This document shows, one piece after another, positions 28,035-39,496 of a DNA stretch of 64,000 nt. How positions within the stretch are numbered: the first letter of the stretch is position 1; the number at the start of each line of letters is the position of its first letter. A program made the position numbers and the translations under genes. The notes beneath the pieces were generated by a model. It was not told where the DNA came from and searched no databases. It saw only the letters and a list, made by a program, of their open reading frames with translations. Origin of the DNA: a virus; the IMG/VR virus record IMGVR_UViG_3300042516_005631, positions 1-64,000 of that record. The stretch is one strand, 5' to 3'.

Positions 28035-28481
28035 TTATTTTTGGGTAACAAAGTCTTTTGCAAAAAATTTACCTAAAATATTAGTATTAAGCCATTCATT
28101 TGATTCTAAAACACCTAATTGAAATTGATATTTACATTCAAAATAGGTAAGTAGTTTTTTATTAGGTACAAAATGAATTATTTCACGTGTGAATTCTTCT
28201 TGTTTTCCTTCTTTTATTTTTTGTTTGATGAATTCTTCTGAACCATAATAGGTTTTCCAGTCAGATTCTTTTTGGATTGTTTGTGTAGTTGATTTACGTC
28301 CTCTACCGGTTTGTTCAGCTAATTCTTTTTTGGTTAGTTTTTTCTTTACATTATGGTATAAAGATTTTTTACCTAAATACTTTTTTCCTGTTGGGATATG
28401 GGTTGTAATATATATAAAACCATAAGAACCTTCAAGTATATCGCTTATTGCAGATATTACTTTCTTTTGATATAACCACAT
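28035..28481 (-). CDS. GIY-YIG endonuclease, T4 endonuclease II (DenA)-like
   Basis: YGFIYITT..TGKKYLGKK, ESDWKTYYGS, FTREI, NTNILGKF. Confidence 0.8.
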   Translation of the reverse strand: MWLYQKKVISAISDILEGSYGFIYITTHIPTGKKYLGKKSLYHNVKKKLTKKELAEQTGRGRKSTTQTIQKESDWKTYYGSEEFIKQKIKEGKQEEFTREIIHFVPNKKLLTYFECKYQFQLGVLESNEWLNTNILGKFFAKDFVTQK

Positions 28482-28487
28482 TTAAAT

Positions 28488-29192
28488 TTAAAATATTTTA
28501 ACTCTAATATTGTAATTTGATCCACCACCGAATAAACCTAAAGGTGTAACTGTAATACTATTTAAAGATGCTATTTGATAAGTATAATCTACTCCTTGAG
28601 AATAAATGTTGTATGGATATGATGGAGGAAAACTAATAAGATCTCCTATAATTACATCAACAAAAAAACTATTTAAATTGTGAGTAATAGTAAATGGAGT
28701 TGCTGTGTTTATAATTCGTTGTTCACCGTACATACGATCATCAAATAATGATGATGAATTAAATGAAGATATTTGACCTGTTGAATTATTGTAAAATAAT
28801 AATTTAGAGGTAGAAGAATCTGTTAAGTTTATTATTGATAAAGAACCAGTAATAATTACACTTTGACTAAGAGGTGTTACAAATGATGATGTAGTAGCTC
28901 TTGATGCACTTAAAGCATAAGATGAACTTAAAGCATAAGATGAACTTAAAGCATATGAAGCACTTGTTGCAAATGATGATGAGATAGCATGAGAAGAACT
29001 AATAGCGTATGATGCAGTTAAAGGATTTACTAAACCTGGTTCTCCATTTATAGGACCAGTCATATTAAATGAGCCTGAAAGGGTGATGTCGTATGCTTCT
29101 GTTCCTGTAAAAGCATCAATAGATTGAGTTATATGATATGCCTCAACTGTGTTTCCTGTTTCAATTCCTACTTGAGTAAGTGTATTTGCCAT
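28488..29192 (-). CDS. Tail/fibre-associated protein with SYA hexapeptide repeats
   Basis: ASYAISSSHAISSSFATSASYALSSSYALSSSYALS; C-terminal ITHNLNS; late motif at 29197-29205. Confidence 0.7.
   Translation of the reverse strand: MANTLTQVGIETGNTVEAYHITQSIDAFTGTEAYDITLSGSFNMTGPINGEPGLVNPLTASYAISSSHAISSSFATSASYALSSSYALSSSYALSASRATTSSFVTPLSQSVIITGSLSIINLTDSSTSKLLFYNNSTGQISSFNSSSLFDDRMYGEQRIINTATPFTITHNLNSFFVDVIIGDLISFPPSYPYNIYSQGVDYTYQIASLNSITVTPLGLFGGGSNYNIRVKIF
28903..28956. repeat. 3 x 18-bp tandem repeat
   Basis: gatgcacttaaagcataa gatgaacttaaagcataa gatgaacttaaagcatat. Confidence 0.9.
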
Positions 29193-29204
29193 TTTGTATA
29201 AATA

Positions 29205-30242
29205 TTATAAATCCAAATTAACTAATATTGTTGTATCAGTAACTTGTGAAATTGGTAAAGGTTGAGCTAACTTAGCAACAGCTATAAGTTCTTTATTATT
29301 ATTATATAAACCTATAGTTGTTACATATGGTGTAAAATATGAACCTGTGGCCCAAGGATAAATATTTGAATTTAAAGCTGAAAGATCGTATCCATCATAT
29401 ACTGCATCGTCTTCATATATTAATACATCATCGTAATAATTTATATCATATCCTTGATCAGGAGGACCTAAAAGTGTTGGGTTTTGGGAAAAATTAAATT
29501 CATTTTGTCTAATAGTACATTTATATTGGGTTTCATATATTGTAGTTGTACTTTGAAAAGAACAGGTTAAATTACTTCCGCTTATAAAACCGTTTATAAA
29601 ATTAAAAGTAGCACCACCATATAAGCCTGAACCATAGGTTATGTAACCATATCCATCATCAACGCCAACGACTCCATTGCTAGTTAAAGTTATTATTCCA
29701 TGTTCATAAATTACATCTCCAAATTTTTGAGAACCGGAAATCATATTTCCTAAACCATCATCTGTAATAATAATATTTCCATCTGAAATAGTAACAGTAC
29801 CTGGGTTTAAATATTCTCCAAATAGATTTGAGGGGATAGATATTACTCCTATAGTAGCATTTGATTCTGTAGGTAAATATCTGTATGTAGGTAATGTTGT
29901 GGAAAGATAATTATAGTAATTTGGAGTGTAAGCTGGTCCTGTAATAGTTCCATCTGTATTAAAAGAGGCAGTATTGACTGGGGAACCTGATGGGTTGGTT
30001 AAATAATTTGAATAATATAATTCTTTTATAGAACGATATATTAAAATTTCATCTTGAATATGAATTTGACCAGTTGGATATGAACCAGAAACCCATAAAG
30101 GTGAAGTAATGTTTCTCCCAATATATCTATCAATTTCTACATTTGGGTCAATAAGTTCACTTCCTTTAAAAGTAAATGATTTATTTACCTTAAAAGGTGA
30201 GACGACAACGTCAGAAGTTATGAATGGTTTGTAGACGCTCAT
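29205..30242 (-). CDS. Baseplate/tail structural protein
   Basis: C-terminal PYVTTIGLYNNNKELIAVAKLAQP; paralogous to the next gene. Confidence 0.75.
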   Translation of the reverse strand: MSVYKPFITSDVVVSPFKVNKSFTFKGSELIDPNVEIDRYIGRNITSPLWVSGSYPTGQIHIQDEILIYRSIKELYYSNYLTNPSGSPVNTASFNTDGTITGPAYTPNYYNYLSTTLPTYRYLPTESNATIGVISIPSNLFGEYLNPGTVTISDGNIIITDDGLGNMISGSQKFGDVIYEHGIITLTSNGVVGVDDGYGYITYGSGLYGGATFNFINGFISGSNLTCSFQSTTTIYETQYKCTIRQNEFNFSQNPTLLGPPDQGYDINYYDDVLIYEDDAVYDGYDLSALNSNIYPWATGSYFTPYVTTIGLYNNNKELIAVAKLAQPLPISQVTDTTILVNLDL

Positions 30243-30248
30243 TCATTC

Positions 30249-31256
30249 TTAAAAATCAAGTTTTACTCTGATTAGAGCTTCTTTTGTAAAATCTTTTAAT
30301 AATGGTCTTGACATTTTAGCAACTGCTAAAAGTTCATTTGAATCATTATACATTCCTACTGTTGTAATATAAACTTGAGGAGCATTTATGAAATTATCAT
30401 AAATTACCTCACCAGTAGAACCTGATATGAATGATGGGTTTTCTGAGTAATTAAATTCACTATTTCTTGCTCTAACAAACACATAATCTGATGTAATTGT
30501 TTCTTCTGAATTTAGAGCAAATGAAGCAGCTCCACTAATAGTATTGAATAGTATTCTATTATTTAATCCATCTGAGTTATTTGAACGAGATGGGGCAATA
30601 TTAATAGATTGTGAAATTGCTTCTGGGTTTAAAATAATTGTTCCTAAATCAGGAAATACTAAACCGTATGAACCATATCCAGTTACATACCCACTGTTTA
30701 GTAAAGATCCTGCAGTTCCGTTTGAGCCGGAAATTAATTGGTAAACACGAGATGAACCAATAAATGTATTTACTGGGTTGTCTTGAGAGTCGTCTGTTAA
30801 ATTAATTGTTCCACCAGGTCCAGAAAGTTGTAAATTTAATGAGCCAGGGAAAAGTGATTGTTTATATCTTGCTCTCTCAATAGATAAAACCCAAAAATAT
30901 GAACCTGTTATAACATTAGTTCCTTTTCCAAAAATAAAACTAGCATTCTCGTCCTCTAGAATTAATGCACGATATTGACCATACATTGTTTTTGTTGGAG
31001 AAGCATGTGGAACAATTGGATTAAACCATGTACTACCACTTCCTTCAGAATCACAATATACTATATCAAATTGAACTTCTTGATCAGCTGAAGAGGTGTT
31101 GTAGATACTTAAATAATAGCTCCCTGCCGAACTTGCTTCTTGAACAGAACTAGTAAAAAATGTTGATAATGTTGGGGCTCCATTTGACCATAATGTAGAA
31201 GTAATTGAATCACTACTTACTACAAAATCTTCAGGATCTAATCTTTTAAATGACAT
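30249..31256 (-). CDS. Baseplate/tail structural protein
   Basis: EFNYSENPSF, YITTVGMYNDSNELLAVAKMSRP; S/T/G-rich. Confidence 0.75.
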   Translation of the reverse strand: MSFKRLDPEDFVVSSDSITSTLWSNGAPTLSTFFTSSVQEASSAGSYYLSIYNTSSADQEVQFDIVYCDSEGSGSTWFNPIVPHASPTKTMYGQYRALILEDENASFIFGKGTNVITGSYFWVLSIERARYKQSLFPGSLNLQLSGPGGTINLTDDSQDNPVNTFIGSSRVYQLISGSNGTAGSLLNSGYVTGYGSYGLVFPDLGTIILNPEAISQSINIAPSRSNNSDGLNNRILFNTISGAASFALNSEETITSDYVFVRARNSEFNYSENPSFISGSTGEVIYDNFINAPQVYITTVGMYNDSNELLAVAKMSRPLLKDFTKEALIRVKLDF

Positions 31257-31267
31257 CGTTTGCTATT

Positions 31268-31924
31268 TTATTGAGTTTTATTAATTGTAATTGGAATAGT
31301 TAATCTAGCACCACTATCTAAACCTACTACAGTTAATGTAGCAGAAAGTTGAGTATTTGAACCAAATAAAGTATTTACAGTAGTTGCTCTTAAATTAATT
31401 TGAGAACCAATTACTGTTGTAGAAACATTAGTTCCTAATGTAGTTGTTGTATTTGCTGTAGTAGCAGCAGTAGTATTAATACCAATACCTGTAAATGTGG
31501 ACATTAAACGAACATCTGAAATAGTAGCTGAGTAACCGCTAGTTTCATAGGTTTGAGTATTACCTAAATAATTTAAAGTTTGAGGAGTAACTGCAAGTGA
31601 AGCTCCTTGAACTAATGTAATAGCAGAATAACCTAAATCAAGTACAGGTAATTTAGCTGTTCCACGAGGTAAAGTAGCTAATTTATATTTCATAATTTGA
31701 GTTTCAAGAGGAAATGCCTCAAGTAAAGGCATATTATCAATTGCTTCTCCATAAAATGATGAACCTGAGGGGTGATTTGGATTATATAATGTATAATCTA
31801 TCTCGTCATCTGCTAATGCAAATTGTGTAATTCTAAAAGAACCATCATTTTTAGCTAAAAGTTCTCTACCTTTTGTTGTTAAAATTGCGTCTACTGTGAC
31901 AACTTGATTATTTAAATATCCCAT
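31268..31924 (-). CDS. Baseplate/tail structural protein
   Basis: MGYLNN..DAILTTKGRELLA..ITQFALADDEIDY; structural context; late motif at 31955-31963. Confidence 0.75.
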   Translation of the reverse strand: MGYLNNQVVTVDAILTTKGRELLAKNDGSFRITQFALADDEIDYTLYNPNHPSGSSFYGEAIDNMPLLEAFPLETQIMKYKLATLPRGTAKLPVLDLGYSAITLVQGASLAVTPQTLNYLGNTQTYETSGYSATISDVRLMSTFTGIGINTTAATTANTTTTLGTNVSTTVIGSQINLRATTVNTLFGSNTQLSATLTVVGLDSGARLTIPITINKTQ

Positions 31925-31965
31925 TATTTTGTTTTATTGTAGATGTATTATACTAATAAATATTG

Positions 31966-34900
31966 TTAGAGCAAACCTTTCTGTGTAAGATCCGTAATAA
32001 ATGTATCAACATTTTTATTTAATGATGGAGTTACATATTCTGGGGTTATGATATATGGTCCTTCTGTTCCAGTAGGTCTAAATCCTTCAATTATAATTTG
32101 TGAAGCATCATCAACATATCTTCTGATTAAGAAATGATCTAAATCAATTGATGCTGAAGGTAAATTGTTTCCAAATTGGACTTCAATTGATCCTGTTTGA
32201 GATACTCTTTCATTATCTGTTTCAACAGTATTATATACTTTTTTAACAACAAATGCGCTATTTTCGTTACCCTCAAATCTAAATTCATCTCCGTATTTTA
32301 TAGACCATGGTAATGATATTGGGTTAAATCCAGAACCAGAAATGTCAACTTGGTAGAATCCTTGATCATAAAATTCATTTAATATTGAATTAGATGATGT
32401 TATAGCATATAATTTTGTATTATCTGGGTAACCCCAAAGTGAATTAATGCCTGAAGATGTTACTTGAACATTTGTTGGGGATGGGATTTGGCTAACTTGA
32501 AAATAAGATGAGTTCTTTTTAAATCTAATTCCTGGGGAAATTGGTCCAAGAGTAGAGGTAAAATGTCCAGCTCTTACAAATATTTGATCATTTGGTTGAA
32601 GATCTTGTGGTTGAATAGAATAATTAAAATCAATACTACTAAATGAAATATCATTTGGAGTTACATTATTTGGTTGGGGACCAACGTTTATAGATTGAGC
32701 AATTTCATCTAATATAGTTTCATCTGAACCCCTTCTTTTAATTAATCTAGCAATAGCATAATGAGTTTGAGCAGCATACACACCAGCTCTTAATACAGGT
32801 TCAATATGAATTTTAATTTGTAAAGTTACATTTTCATCAATAACGCCTTGATCAACTACATATGCATTACCTGACCATAAACCTGGGGAACCTATAGATA
32901 CAACATTATTGAAATCTATTCCTGAATAGTTTCCATCTGTAAAAATAGGAAAAGAAGCTGATGGAGATGCTTTAGCAGTATAATTATCTACTGCTGAGGA
33001 TCCAATAAAATCTGTGGTAAAAGACATAGTAACATTATTCCAAGATGCTGGGGAATGTCCTATTTGGGTATATAAAATTGGTTCAATGCGGGTACCTCCT
33101 CTAATTACTGTTCTAAATTGAGAGGCTACTCCACTTCCTTGAGTTGGAGTTGTAATTCTAATTCTATCTCCAGTTTGAAAATTTTGTTGAATTATTGGAA
33201 GTGAATTTTGGGATGTATTTGGAATACTTACATCTCCATTTTCATCAATTAAATATTTAACAAATATAGCAGATGCATTCATACGTTCAGGTGGCCATCC
33301 TCCAATTGAAGGAGCATAAGCTACATATGATTTTACACTTTCGATAGTTGGAAGTTTACCATATGTTCCTTGATCTGAATATCCAGGAATGGTATTTGGT
33401 GGGGAATATTGGTTTAGTTGTTGAGATGTTGATTTTGAACCTAAATATCTTGGTGTAATTACACGTTGTGAGGTATAATTTGAATCTTGTACTTTTGCTC
33501 TAGTTGCATTACCATTTATAAGAGCATTAAAATTAACTGGTTCTGTTAAACCTCTTGAATAATCAACATCCATATAGTATGAACTATTTCTTAATTCAAA
33601 AGCGTTATTTAATAATGCATTTTGATCACTATTATAGAAATTTGGGATACTTATGTCTGGTTCAATTATAAATTGTCCACTAGAAGCACTTACTGCTCTA
33701 CTTTGGGTAATAAGTAAATTTACCCCAGTAAGATTAACATCCTTTCCTCCTTTTCTTGTAAGGGTAATTATATCTTGTGAAAGTCCATAATATGAAGCTG
33801 ATATAGTTCTAGTTCCTGTAAATGAAGAGGGGAAAGTGGTAGTTGATAAATTAGTTATATTACCTCCTCTATTAAGTGAAATAGAACAGGTTCCTGAACT
33901 TCCTGCACCTGATTGGGATATATTAAAAGATGATGTAATAGAAAGTAATGTATTTGGAGTATTTTCTAAAGTATATTCTCCTGATGAAGTATTAAAATAC
34001 CCAATAATATTTCCTAATTCAATATTATAATTATTAATAGGTTGTTCTACAGGATTAAATGAAATTAATGTTGTTCTAGAAGAGGAAACATAATAATTTA
34101 ATACTTGGTTTTCAGTATCTGTTGGATTATATGTGTTATAAAGAGAATTAATATTATTTGAAATTAAAGTTACAGTATAAATAAAATATTGAGATGTTTC
34201 ATTTAATTTAATAACATCATATACTAAATTTACATTTTCTCCAAGTGAAAAAATAGGGGTAGGAATTATTATTTTATCAAATTGATCTAAAGAAATACTA
34301 TAATCATTCCCATTAAGGTCAATTTTAGCAATTTTTAAATATTTAGGAGTATAATTTCCTGGGGAAATAAGTTTTTCAAAAAACAATATTTCTCCATTTT
34401 CTGGGGAAGTAAGAGGGTTTAAATAATTATTTTCAAATATTAAATCTTCTACAGATGAAGTACCATAGTAATATACAGGTTTGTAAATCATAAGTGCATT
34501 ATCATTAGGATATGCTTCACCTAATACACCATTTGATATTAATATTGTAGATCCGCTAAATTCACCGTTATAAAACTCATCTTGTGAATTGTGTAATACA
34601 AGTACTGAACCTGAAGGAGTAGTTAAATTTTCGTACCAACTTTGAGATACATTTGAAATTGAATTAAATGAGTCAAATACGCCTCCTGTTTGACCTTCAA
34701 AATGCTCTACAGTTCCTTCTTGATATCCATTCCAAGTTGGTTTTAAAGTACCCGAAATATCTAAATTTTGCCACTCCATTTGTGGTTGTGGGTATTTATT
34801 TCTTTCAAGTAAGTGTTGTTTAATTACAATTCCAGCTGCTAAACTCGTACGTGCAGGTACAAAGTCTCGAATCATTTTAAATAATGAATTGTCAAAGAAT

Positions 34901-37900
34901 TTAATTAAACGAATAAAATCAACTAGATCATAATTTTTAGTATACTTTTGAAAGTATTCATTTCGTAATTGATCTAAAGCAGGGTATGTAACAGCTGAAG
35001 ATGATCTTAATCTTGGGTCTCCAATAAATTCACCTATATTAAAATATCCTAATTGATCAACTATATCTTCATTTATTTCATTTTGGGGAGAAAAAGCTAC
35101 CTCTAAATAATTAATACTTGGAGTATAACTTTGAGATATATTAGCCATTTGAGATAATGACATGTAAGGAGATAAAGTATCTCCCTCAGGTATTACGTTA
35201 TTTTCTACTCTAATTTTATCTGAAACTGTATTTCTAATGCCTGCTATTGGTTGGTCAGCAAATGTATATTCTATATTCGGGACAAAATTAGGTGAAGCAT
35301 CATAATAAAAATTACTATCAGAGGCAAATGAATGAGTTATTTGCCAAGATCCAGTTATTTTAGGATGAATTGAAATCGATGCTGTATATAATTCTCCACC
35401 AATAGAGGCTCTAAAAGCTAATTCATTTGGTGAACTATTTAATGTATTTCCCTCAATTGAATGTGGATTCATTGTATAATCCGTAAATACACTTTCACTT
35501 ATTGGAACTGTATAATATCTAATTTCTTGATATGAACCTGTAAATGGTATAAATGATCCTGCTAGAGTTCCTGCTTCATCATATACTCCAACATCATATG
35601 CTGATATGTCATATCCTACAGTACCTGAAATGGAGAAACTAACAGGAAAATAACTTGTAGAAGTATTAGTCCAAGCGTTAGTAGCATATGTTATGGAACT
35701 AGATGCTTTAAATCCTAAAATAGTTCCATTATCTCCCCCCTCATATATCTTATTTTGGGAATGTAATGTATAAGTATCTGATTCTTTTGTAATCATTACA
35801 GACCACCATCCACCATCATAAAATGGTAAATAAACACTTGCGGTTTGACTTGAATTATTTATATCTGGGTAAAATACTACATTAGCGTATTGATAATAAG
35901 GGTCAATTATTGATCCTGAATATGATCCACTTGAATATGCTGATCCTGTGTATGTTAAGGTTAATGCACTCCCACCATCTCCATACCATAAACTTTGAGA
36001 GTATAATATGTTGGATGTAGGTAAACCATCTGTTTTAAATCGAAATGCTAATGTTGCGGGAACATCATTTGGAGCATTCCAATCTGGGTTTAATTTCCAA
36101 GATGAAGAAATAAAATTGCTTCCTGAGGTATTAAATGCATAGTTAAATTCATTTTGCCAATAATCCCAATCATTGTAATCTATTTTATCTTTTCCACCAT
36201 ATTCATTAATTCTTAATATAGTATCAGGAATACCATATGAAGTTATTAAAGCACGTAAACCAGGTAATGTTCCTTTTGCTTTAAGTAGGTATGGTAAGTT
36301 ATGGTAAATACGTTTATATAGCGATTTATTTACATCATCTAACGGCATATAATCATTAGATGCAGATATAAAATATTCAATATATTCAAATCCAGAAGGA
36401 GCAGGTAAAGAACCTGTCATATTTGGGAAAGGAAATAAACCACCTTGAGGAGTTAAACCTAAAAATGCTGTATATAAATCCTCGTTTGAAAAATTATTTT
36501 GATATAATTTAATCCCAAAATCACGAATAACATCAGCTACTATATCTTTTGAAACACCGTATTCTAATCGGTTATCAGCATTATATTTTTGAGTTACTTC
36601 ATTATAATATATCCAAATATTATCGTAATGTTGAGCAACCATTTGAACAAACAATTCATACTGTTGGTTAGCTGGATCGTCTCTTAAATATTCTGGAATA
36701 GAGTATAAAAGATTATCTTTATTGGTATTGTCATATAATGATGCTGAGTAAAGAAGTCCTCCAAAATATGGGCTATATTCATTTTCACTTCCAATCCAAG
36801 TTAAAACTACTACACTATCAGATTTAGCTAATTCATATGGTTTTTGTGTGTTTGTTTTAGGCCAAGCGTATGGGTTATTTTCATAATATAAAAAATATTC
36901 ATAACCATCAAAATTAGTTATAATATTATTTATTTTACTTTCATATACTGCCGCACTACTACTAATTGAAGTAGGTGAATTAATTGTATTATTTAATACA
37001 GCAATAGATGAAGAATACTGTTCTATTAATTGGATTTTAGAATAAAAATTTTCTAAACGAGTTTGGGCTGAACTAAAATGGATATAGTTTTCGAATGAAG
37101 TATAATCTACATTTATATCAATTTCTTTTTCTTCTAATAAACTGTTTAATTGTTGAATTGAACTTGTTAAAGAAGTAGATATTAAATCACTATATGATAA
37201 ATTTTGAGTTGAATTATTTACTCTATCTTTTAAATCTATATTAAAGTTAGGTCCACTTATGTTTTCAAAATCAACAAAAACAATAGGTTCATCCTCAAAT
37301 GTGACTTGATATGCTGATGGTTCTTCAAAGGTGGTTACAATCCATAATGTAGAATTTATATCAAATTCCTCTGGTAAAGGTTCATATAATTTAACAAGTA
37401 CTGTTGGGTTAGTTGGATCAAGATTATCTAACTGGATGTTATTAGCTATAGGTAATTGGTTGTCTCCAAAATTTAAATAGAAATCTAGGAAATAAGTACT
37501 AGTTTCTCTTTCTTGAATAAATTGAGTAGTTTGTTCAACTATATCTAAATTTAAAAGTGTAGTACTATCTAAACGTAGTTCAGTTCTGTCTGAGGATATT
37601 TCAGTTATGTATAGTTGTTGGAGATCAGAGCCTATTTTTTTATTAAGAAAATTAAAATACGTTATATATTCACCTTGATCAAATCCATTATCTATAAGTA
37701 ATTGTTCAGGATCTATTGTAATTTGAGATACGTTTCCATCATTTCCAGCAGATTGACCATCATTTTGTATAGTATAGTCAATAAAATTATAATCAAAAGT
37801 AATTATATTACGATTATTATCATATACAAAATATTCTATGTAACTTGAAGGTCCAAAAGAAGTACTTAAATCAAATGTTGAAATTAAATTTGTATCTTGT

Positions 37901-37959
37901 CCTTCATATATTTGAGAAGTAAAATCTTGTGTATCTATTTGAATAATTTCTGCTGCCAT
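31966..37959 (-). CDS. Large baseplate wedge-like protein (1997 aa)
   Basis: IPEYLRDD, NLPYLLKAKGT..GLRALITSYGIP..ILRINEYGG, FVPART motifs of wedge/P2 gpI-like type; follows gp6-like gene. Confidence 0.75.
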   Translation of the reverse strand: MAAEIIQIDTQDFTSQIYEGQDTNLISTFDLSTSFGPSSYIEYFVYDNNRNIITFDYNFIDYTIQNDGQSAGNDGNVSQITIDPEQLLIDNGFDQGEYITYFNFLNKKIGSDLQQLYITEISSDRTELRLDSTTLLNLDIVEQTTQFIQERETSTYFLDFYLNFGDNQLPIANNIQLDNLDPTNPTVLVKLYEPLPEEFDINSTLWIVTTFEEPSAYQVTFEDEPIVFVDFENISGPNFNIDLKDRVNNSTQNLSYSDLISTSLTSSIQQLNSLLEEKEIDINVDYTSFENYIHFSSAQTRLENFYSKIQLIEQYSSSIAVLNNTINSPTSISSSAAVYESKINNIITNFDGYEYFLYYENNPYAWPKTNTQKPYELAKSDSVVVLTWIGSENEYSPYFGGLLYSASLYDNTNKDNLLYSIPEYLRDDPANQQYELFVQMVAQHYDNIWIYYNEVTQKYNADNRLEYGVSKDIVADVIRDFGIKLYQNNFSNEDLYTAFLGLTPQGGLFPFPNMTGSLPAPSGFEYIEYFISASNDYMPLDDVNKSLYKRIYHNLPYLLKAKGTLPGLRALITSYGIPDTILRINEYGGKDKIDYNDWDYWQNEFNYAFNTSGSNFISSSWKLNPDWNAPNDVPATLAFRFKTDGLPTSNILYSQSLWYGDGGSALTLTYTGSAYSSGSYSGSIIDPYYQYANVVFYPDINNSSQTASVYLPFYDGGWWSVMITKESDTYTLHSQNKIYEGGDNGTILGFKASSSITYATNAWTNTSTSYFPVSFSISGTVGYDISAYDVGVYDEAGTLAGSFIPFTGSYQEIRYYTVPISESVFTDYTMNPHSIEGNTLNSSPNELAFRASIGGELYTASISIHPKITGSWQITHSFASDSNFYYDASPNFVPNIEYTFADQPIAGIRNTVSDKIRVENNVIPEGDTLSPYMSLSQMANISQSYTPSINYLEVAFSPQNEINEDIVDQLGYFNIGEFIGDPRLRSSSAVTYPALDQLRNEYFQKYTKNYDLVDFIRLIKFFDNSLFKMIRDFVPARTSLAAGIVIKQHLLERNKYPQPQMEWQNLDISGTLKPTWNGYQEGTVEHFEGQTGGVFDSFNSISNVSQSWYENLTTPSGSVLVLHNSQDEFYNGEFSGSTILISNGVLGEAYPNDNALMIYKPVYYYGTSSVEDLIFENNYLNPLTSPENGEILFFEKLISPGNYTPKYLKIAKIDLNGNDYSISLDQFDKIIIPTPIFSLGENVNLVYDVIKLNETSQYFIYTVTLISNNINSLYNTYNPTDTENQVLNYYVSSSRTTLISFNPVEQPINNYNIELGNIIGYFNTSSGEYTLENTPNTLLSITSSFNISQSGAGSSGTCSISLNRGGNITNLSTTTFPSSFTGTRTISASYYGLSQDIITLTRKGGKDVNLTGVNLLITQSRAVSASSGQFIIEPDISIPNFYNSDQNALLNNAFELRNSSYYMDVDYSRGLTEPVNFNALINGNATRAKVQDSNYTSQRVITPRYLGSKSTSQQLNQYSPPNTIPGYSDQGTYGKLPTIESVKSYVAYAPSIGGWPPERMNASAIFVKYLIDENGDVSIPNTSQNSLPIIQQNFQTGDRIRITTPTQGSGVASQFRTVIRGGTRIEPILYTQIGHSPASWNNVTMSFTTDFIGSSAVDNYTAKASPSASFPIFTDGNYSGIDFNNVVSIGSPGLWSGNAYVVDQGVIDENVTLQIKIHIEPVLRAGVYAAQTHYAIARLIKRRGSDETILDEIAQSINVGPQPNNVTPNDISFSSIDFNYSIQPQDLQPNDQIFVRAGHFTSTLGPISPGIRFKKNSSYFQVSQIPSPTNVQVTSSGINSLWGYPDNTKLYAITSSNSILNEFYDQGFYQVDISGSGFNPISLPWSIKYGDEFRFEGNENSAFVVKKVYNTVETDNERVSQTGSIEVQFGNNLPSASIDLDHFLIRRYVDDASQIIIEGFRPTGTEGPYIITPEYVTPSLNKNVDTFITDLTQKGLL

Positions 37960-38321
37960 TATTGTGGGTTAGCTAATGTTGTTCCTGTTTGTAACTCTAC
38001 TATTTGTTTTTGAGCATCAAGTAATTCTGTTCTTAATTGAGCTATTTCGTTTTGTAATGCAGTTATTTCTTCTTGATTTGCTTCAAAATTAATATATTCA
38101 CTACTTTTTTTAATTAAAAATTCATGTGAATTAATTTCCCCAGTTTCAGGTATATCGTAAAATAACTCATTATACATTTCAAAAAAATCATTTACAGTAG
38201 GTTGTTCATCAATCTGTTGTTGGATTGTTTGAACACCTAACTGTTTGAAAGAAGTATCTATAACTTTAGTATAATCTCCTTTATTATATACTTGTTTATT
38301 AAATGTAATATTTTCAGCCAT
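37959..38321 (-). CDS. Baseplate-module protein with C-terminal coiled coil
   Basis: Coupled on both sides within the baseplate operon. Confidence 0.7.
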   Translation of the reverse strand: MAENITFNKQVYNKGDYTKVIDTSFKQLGVQTIQQQIDEQPTVNDFFEMYNELFYDIPETGEINSHEFLIKKSSEYINFEANQEEITALQNEIAQLRTELLDAQKQIVELQTGTTLANPQ

Positions 38322-39496
38322 TAATTAATAACTTTAAAGTAATAATCATCATCAAATATTAATGTAGAACCATTAATTATAGTTTTAATTAAAATTTTAT
38401 AATATCTTTCCGGTTCTAAACCACTCATATAAACATCAAAATAATTACCTTTATTGTCAGAACTAATTTGAGTATATTGTTCATCGAAGTTAATAACAAA
38501 TTCATTGGTAGCCAAGTCTTTTATAGCATAGTATGAACTAGTTGGTAAATAATTTAAATTAGTAAATAAAGAGGATGTTTGATATACTCTAGTAGGGTAT
38601 AAAGGACTTACATTAATATAAAATCTATTTACACTCTCTGGGTTAAATATTCCTGGGTTTTCAGCTAAAGACATTTTAAGGTCTGTTGTATTAACAACAG
38701 GTGAATTTTCTGTTATGACTGAAGTATAATCTCTCCATCTAAATTCTAATTGGGGAGGGTAAATAGTATTAGTATCAACACTATAATATTTTAATACAGG
38801 TTGAACATATTGACTAGTATTAAATTCTTGTGAACCCGTTAATTTAACAATAAATCCATAATTTGGAATAGTATCAGTATACCAAGTTTGAACTATTGGT
38901 TTTACATTTACTGTTATATCTTTATTATCTCGTAATCCAAAAGATTGAGTTTGGGGTAATCCCATACTACTACCTTGGATAAATGAAGGGTCAGCATATG
39001 TGTATGCTACATAAAATAAATCTTCGTTATCATAAAACCAATTTCCTCCTCCAGGTTCAGAATAAGTAGAATTATATGATCCAGTATATCCATACCCGTT
39101 ATATGATCCACTTAGACTCCATAATCCTGAATTAGAGTAATTGGAATAGTTCCAGGAGGCTCCATCTTGAACTTGGGGGCTATCTAAGTAATGACCTGTT
39201 CCATTATTCCATTGTTGAGCTATAGGTCTAATTTCCAAAGAAGCATCTAAATTTATACCTTGTGCTGTAGCTATGAAATTTCTTAAAAATACATCGTATT
39301 CTTTTTCTCCAATTTTATTAACAATATCTTTTATTTCATTATTGTCAAATTGAATTAAATATCTAGAAACTGAAGGGTTTCCATCTATACCGAGGATATT
39401 GAATGCTTCACATATTGCATCTAATCCAGTATTCATTGAAGGGTAAGAGGAATATAGAGTTGTATCCTGTTGAGGGAAAATTTTATAAATAGCCAT
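38321..39496 (-). CDS. Baseplate-module structural protein
   Basis: MAIYKIFPQQDTTLYS, NYGFIVK, YSVDTNTIYPPQLE, GLEPERYYKIL. Confidence 0.72.
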   Translation of the reverse strand: MAIYKIFPQQDTTLYSSYPSMNTGLDAICEAFNILGIDGNPSVSRYLIQFDNNEIKDIVNKIGEKEYDVFLRNFIATAQGINLDASLEIRPIAQQWNNGTGHYLDSPQVQDGASWNYSNYSNSGLWSLSGSYNGYGYTGSYNSTYSEPGGGNWFYDNEDLFYVAYTYADPSFIQGSSMGLPQTQSFGLRDNKDITVNVKPIVQTWYTDTIPNYGFIVKLTGSQEFNTSQYVQPVLKYYSVDTNTIYPPQLEFRWRDYTSVITENSPVVNTTDLKMSLAENPGIFNPESVNRFYINVSPLYPTRVYQTSSLFTNLNYLPTSSYYAIKDLATNEFVINFDEQYTQISSDNKGNYFDVYMSGLEPERYYKILIKTIINGSTLIFDDDYYFKVIN

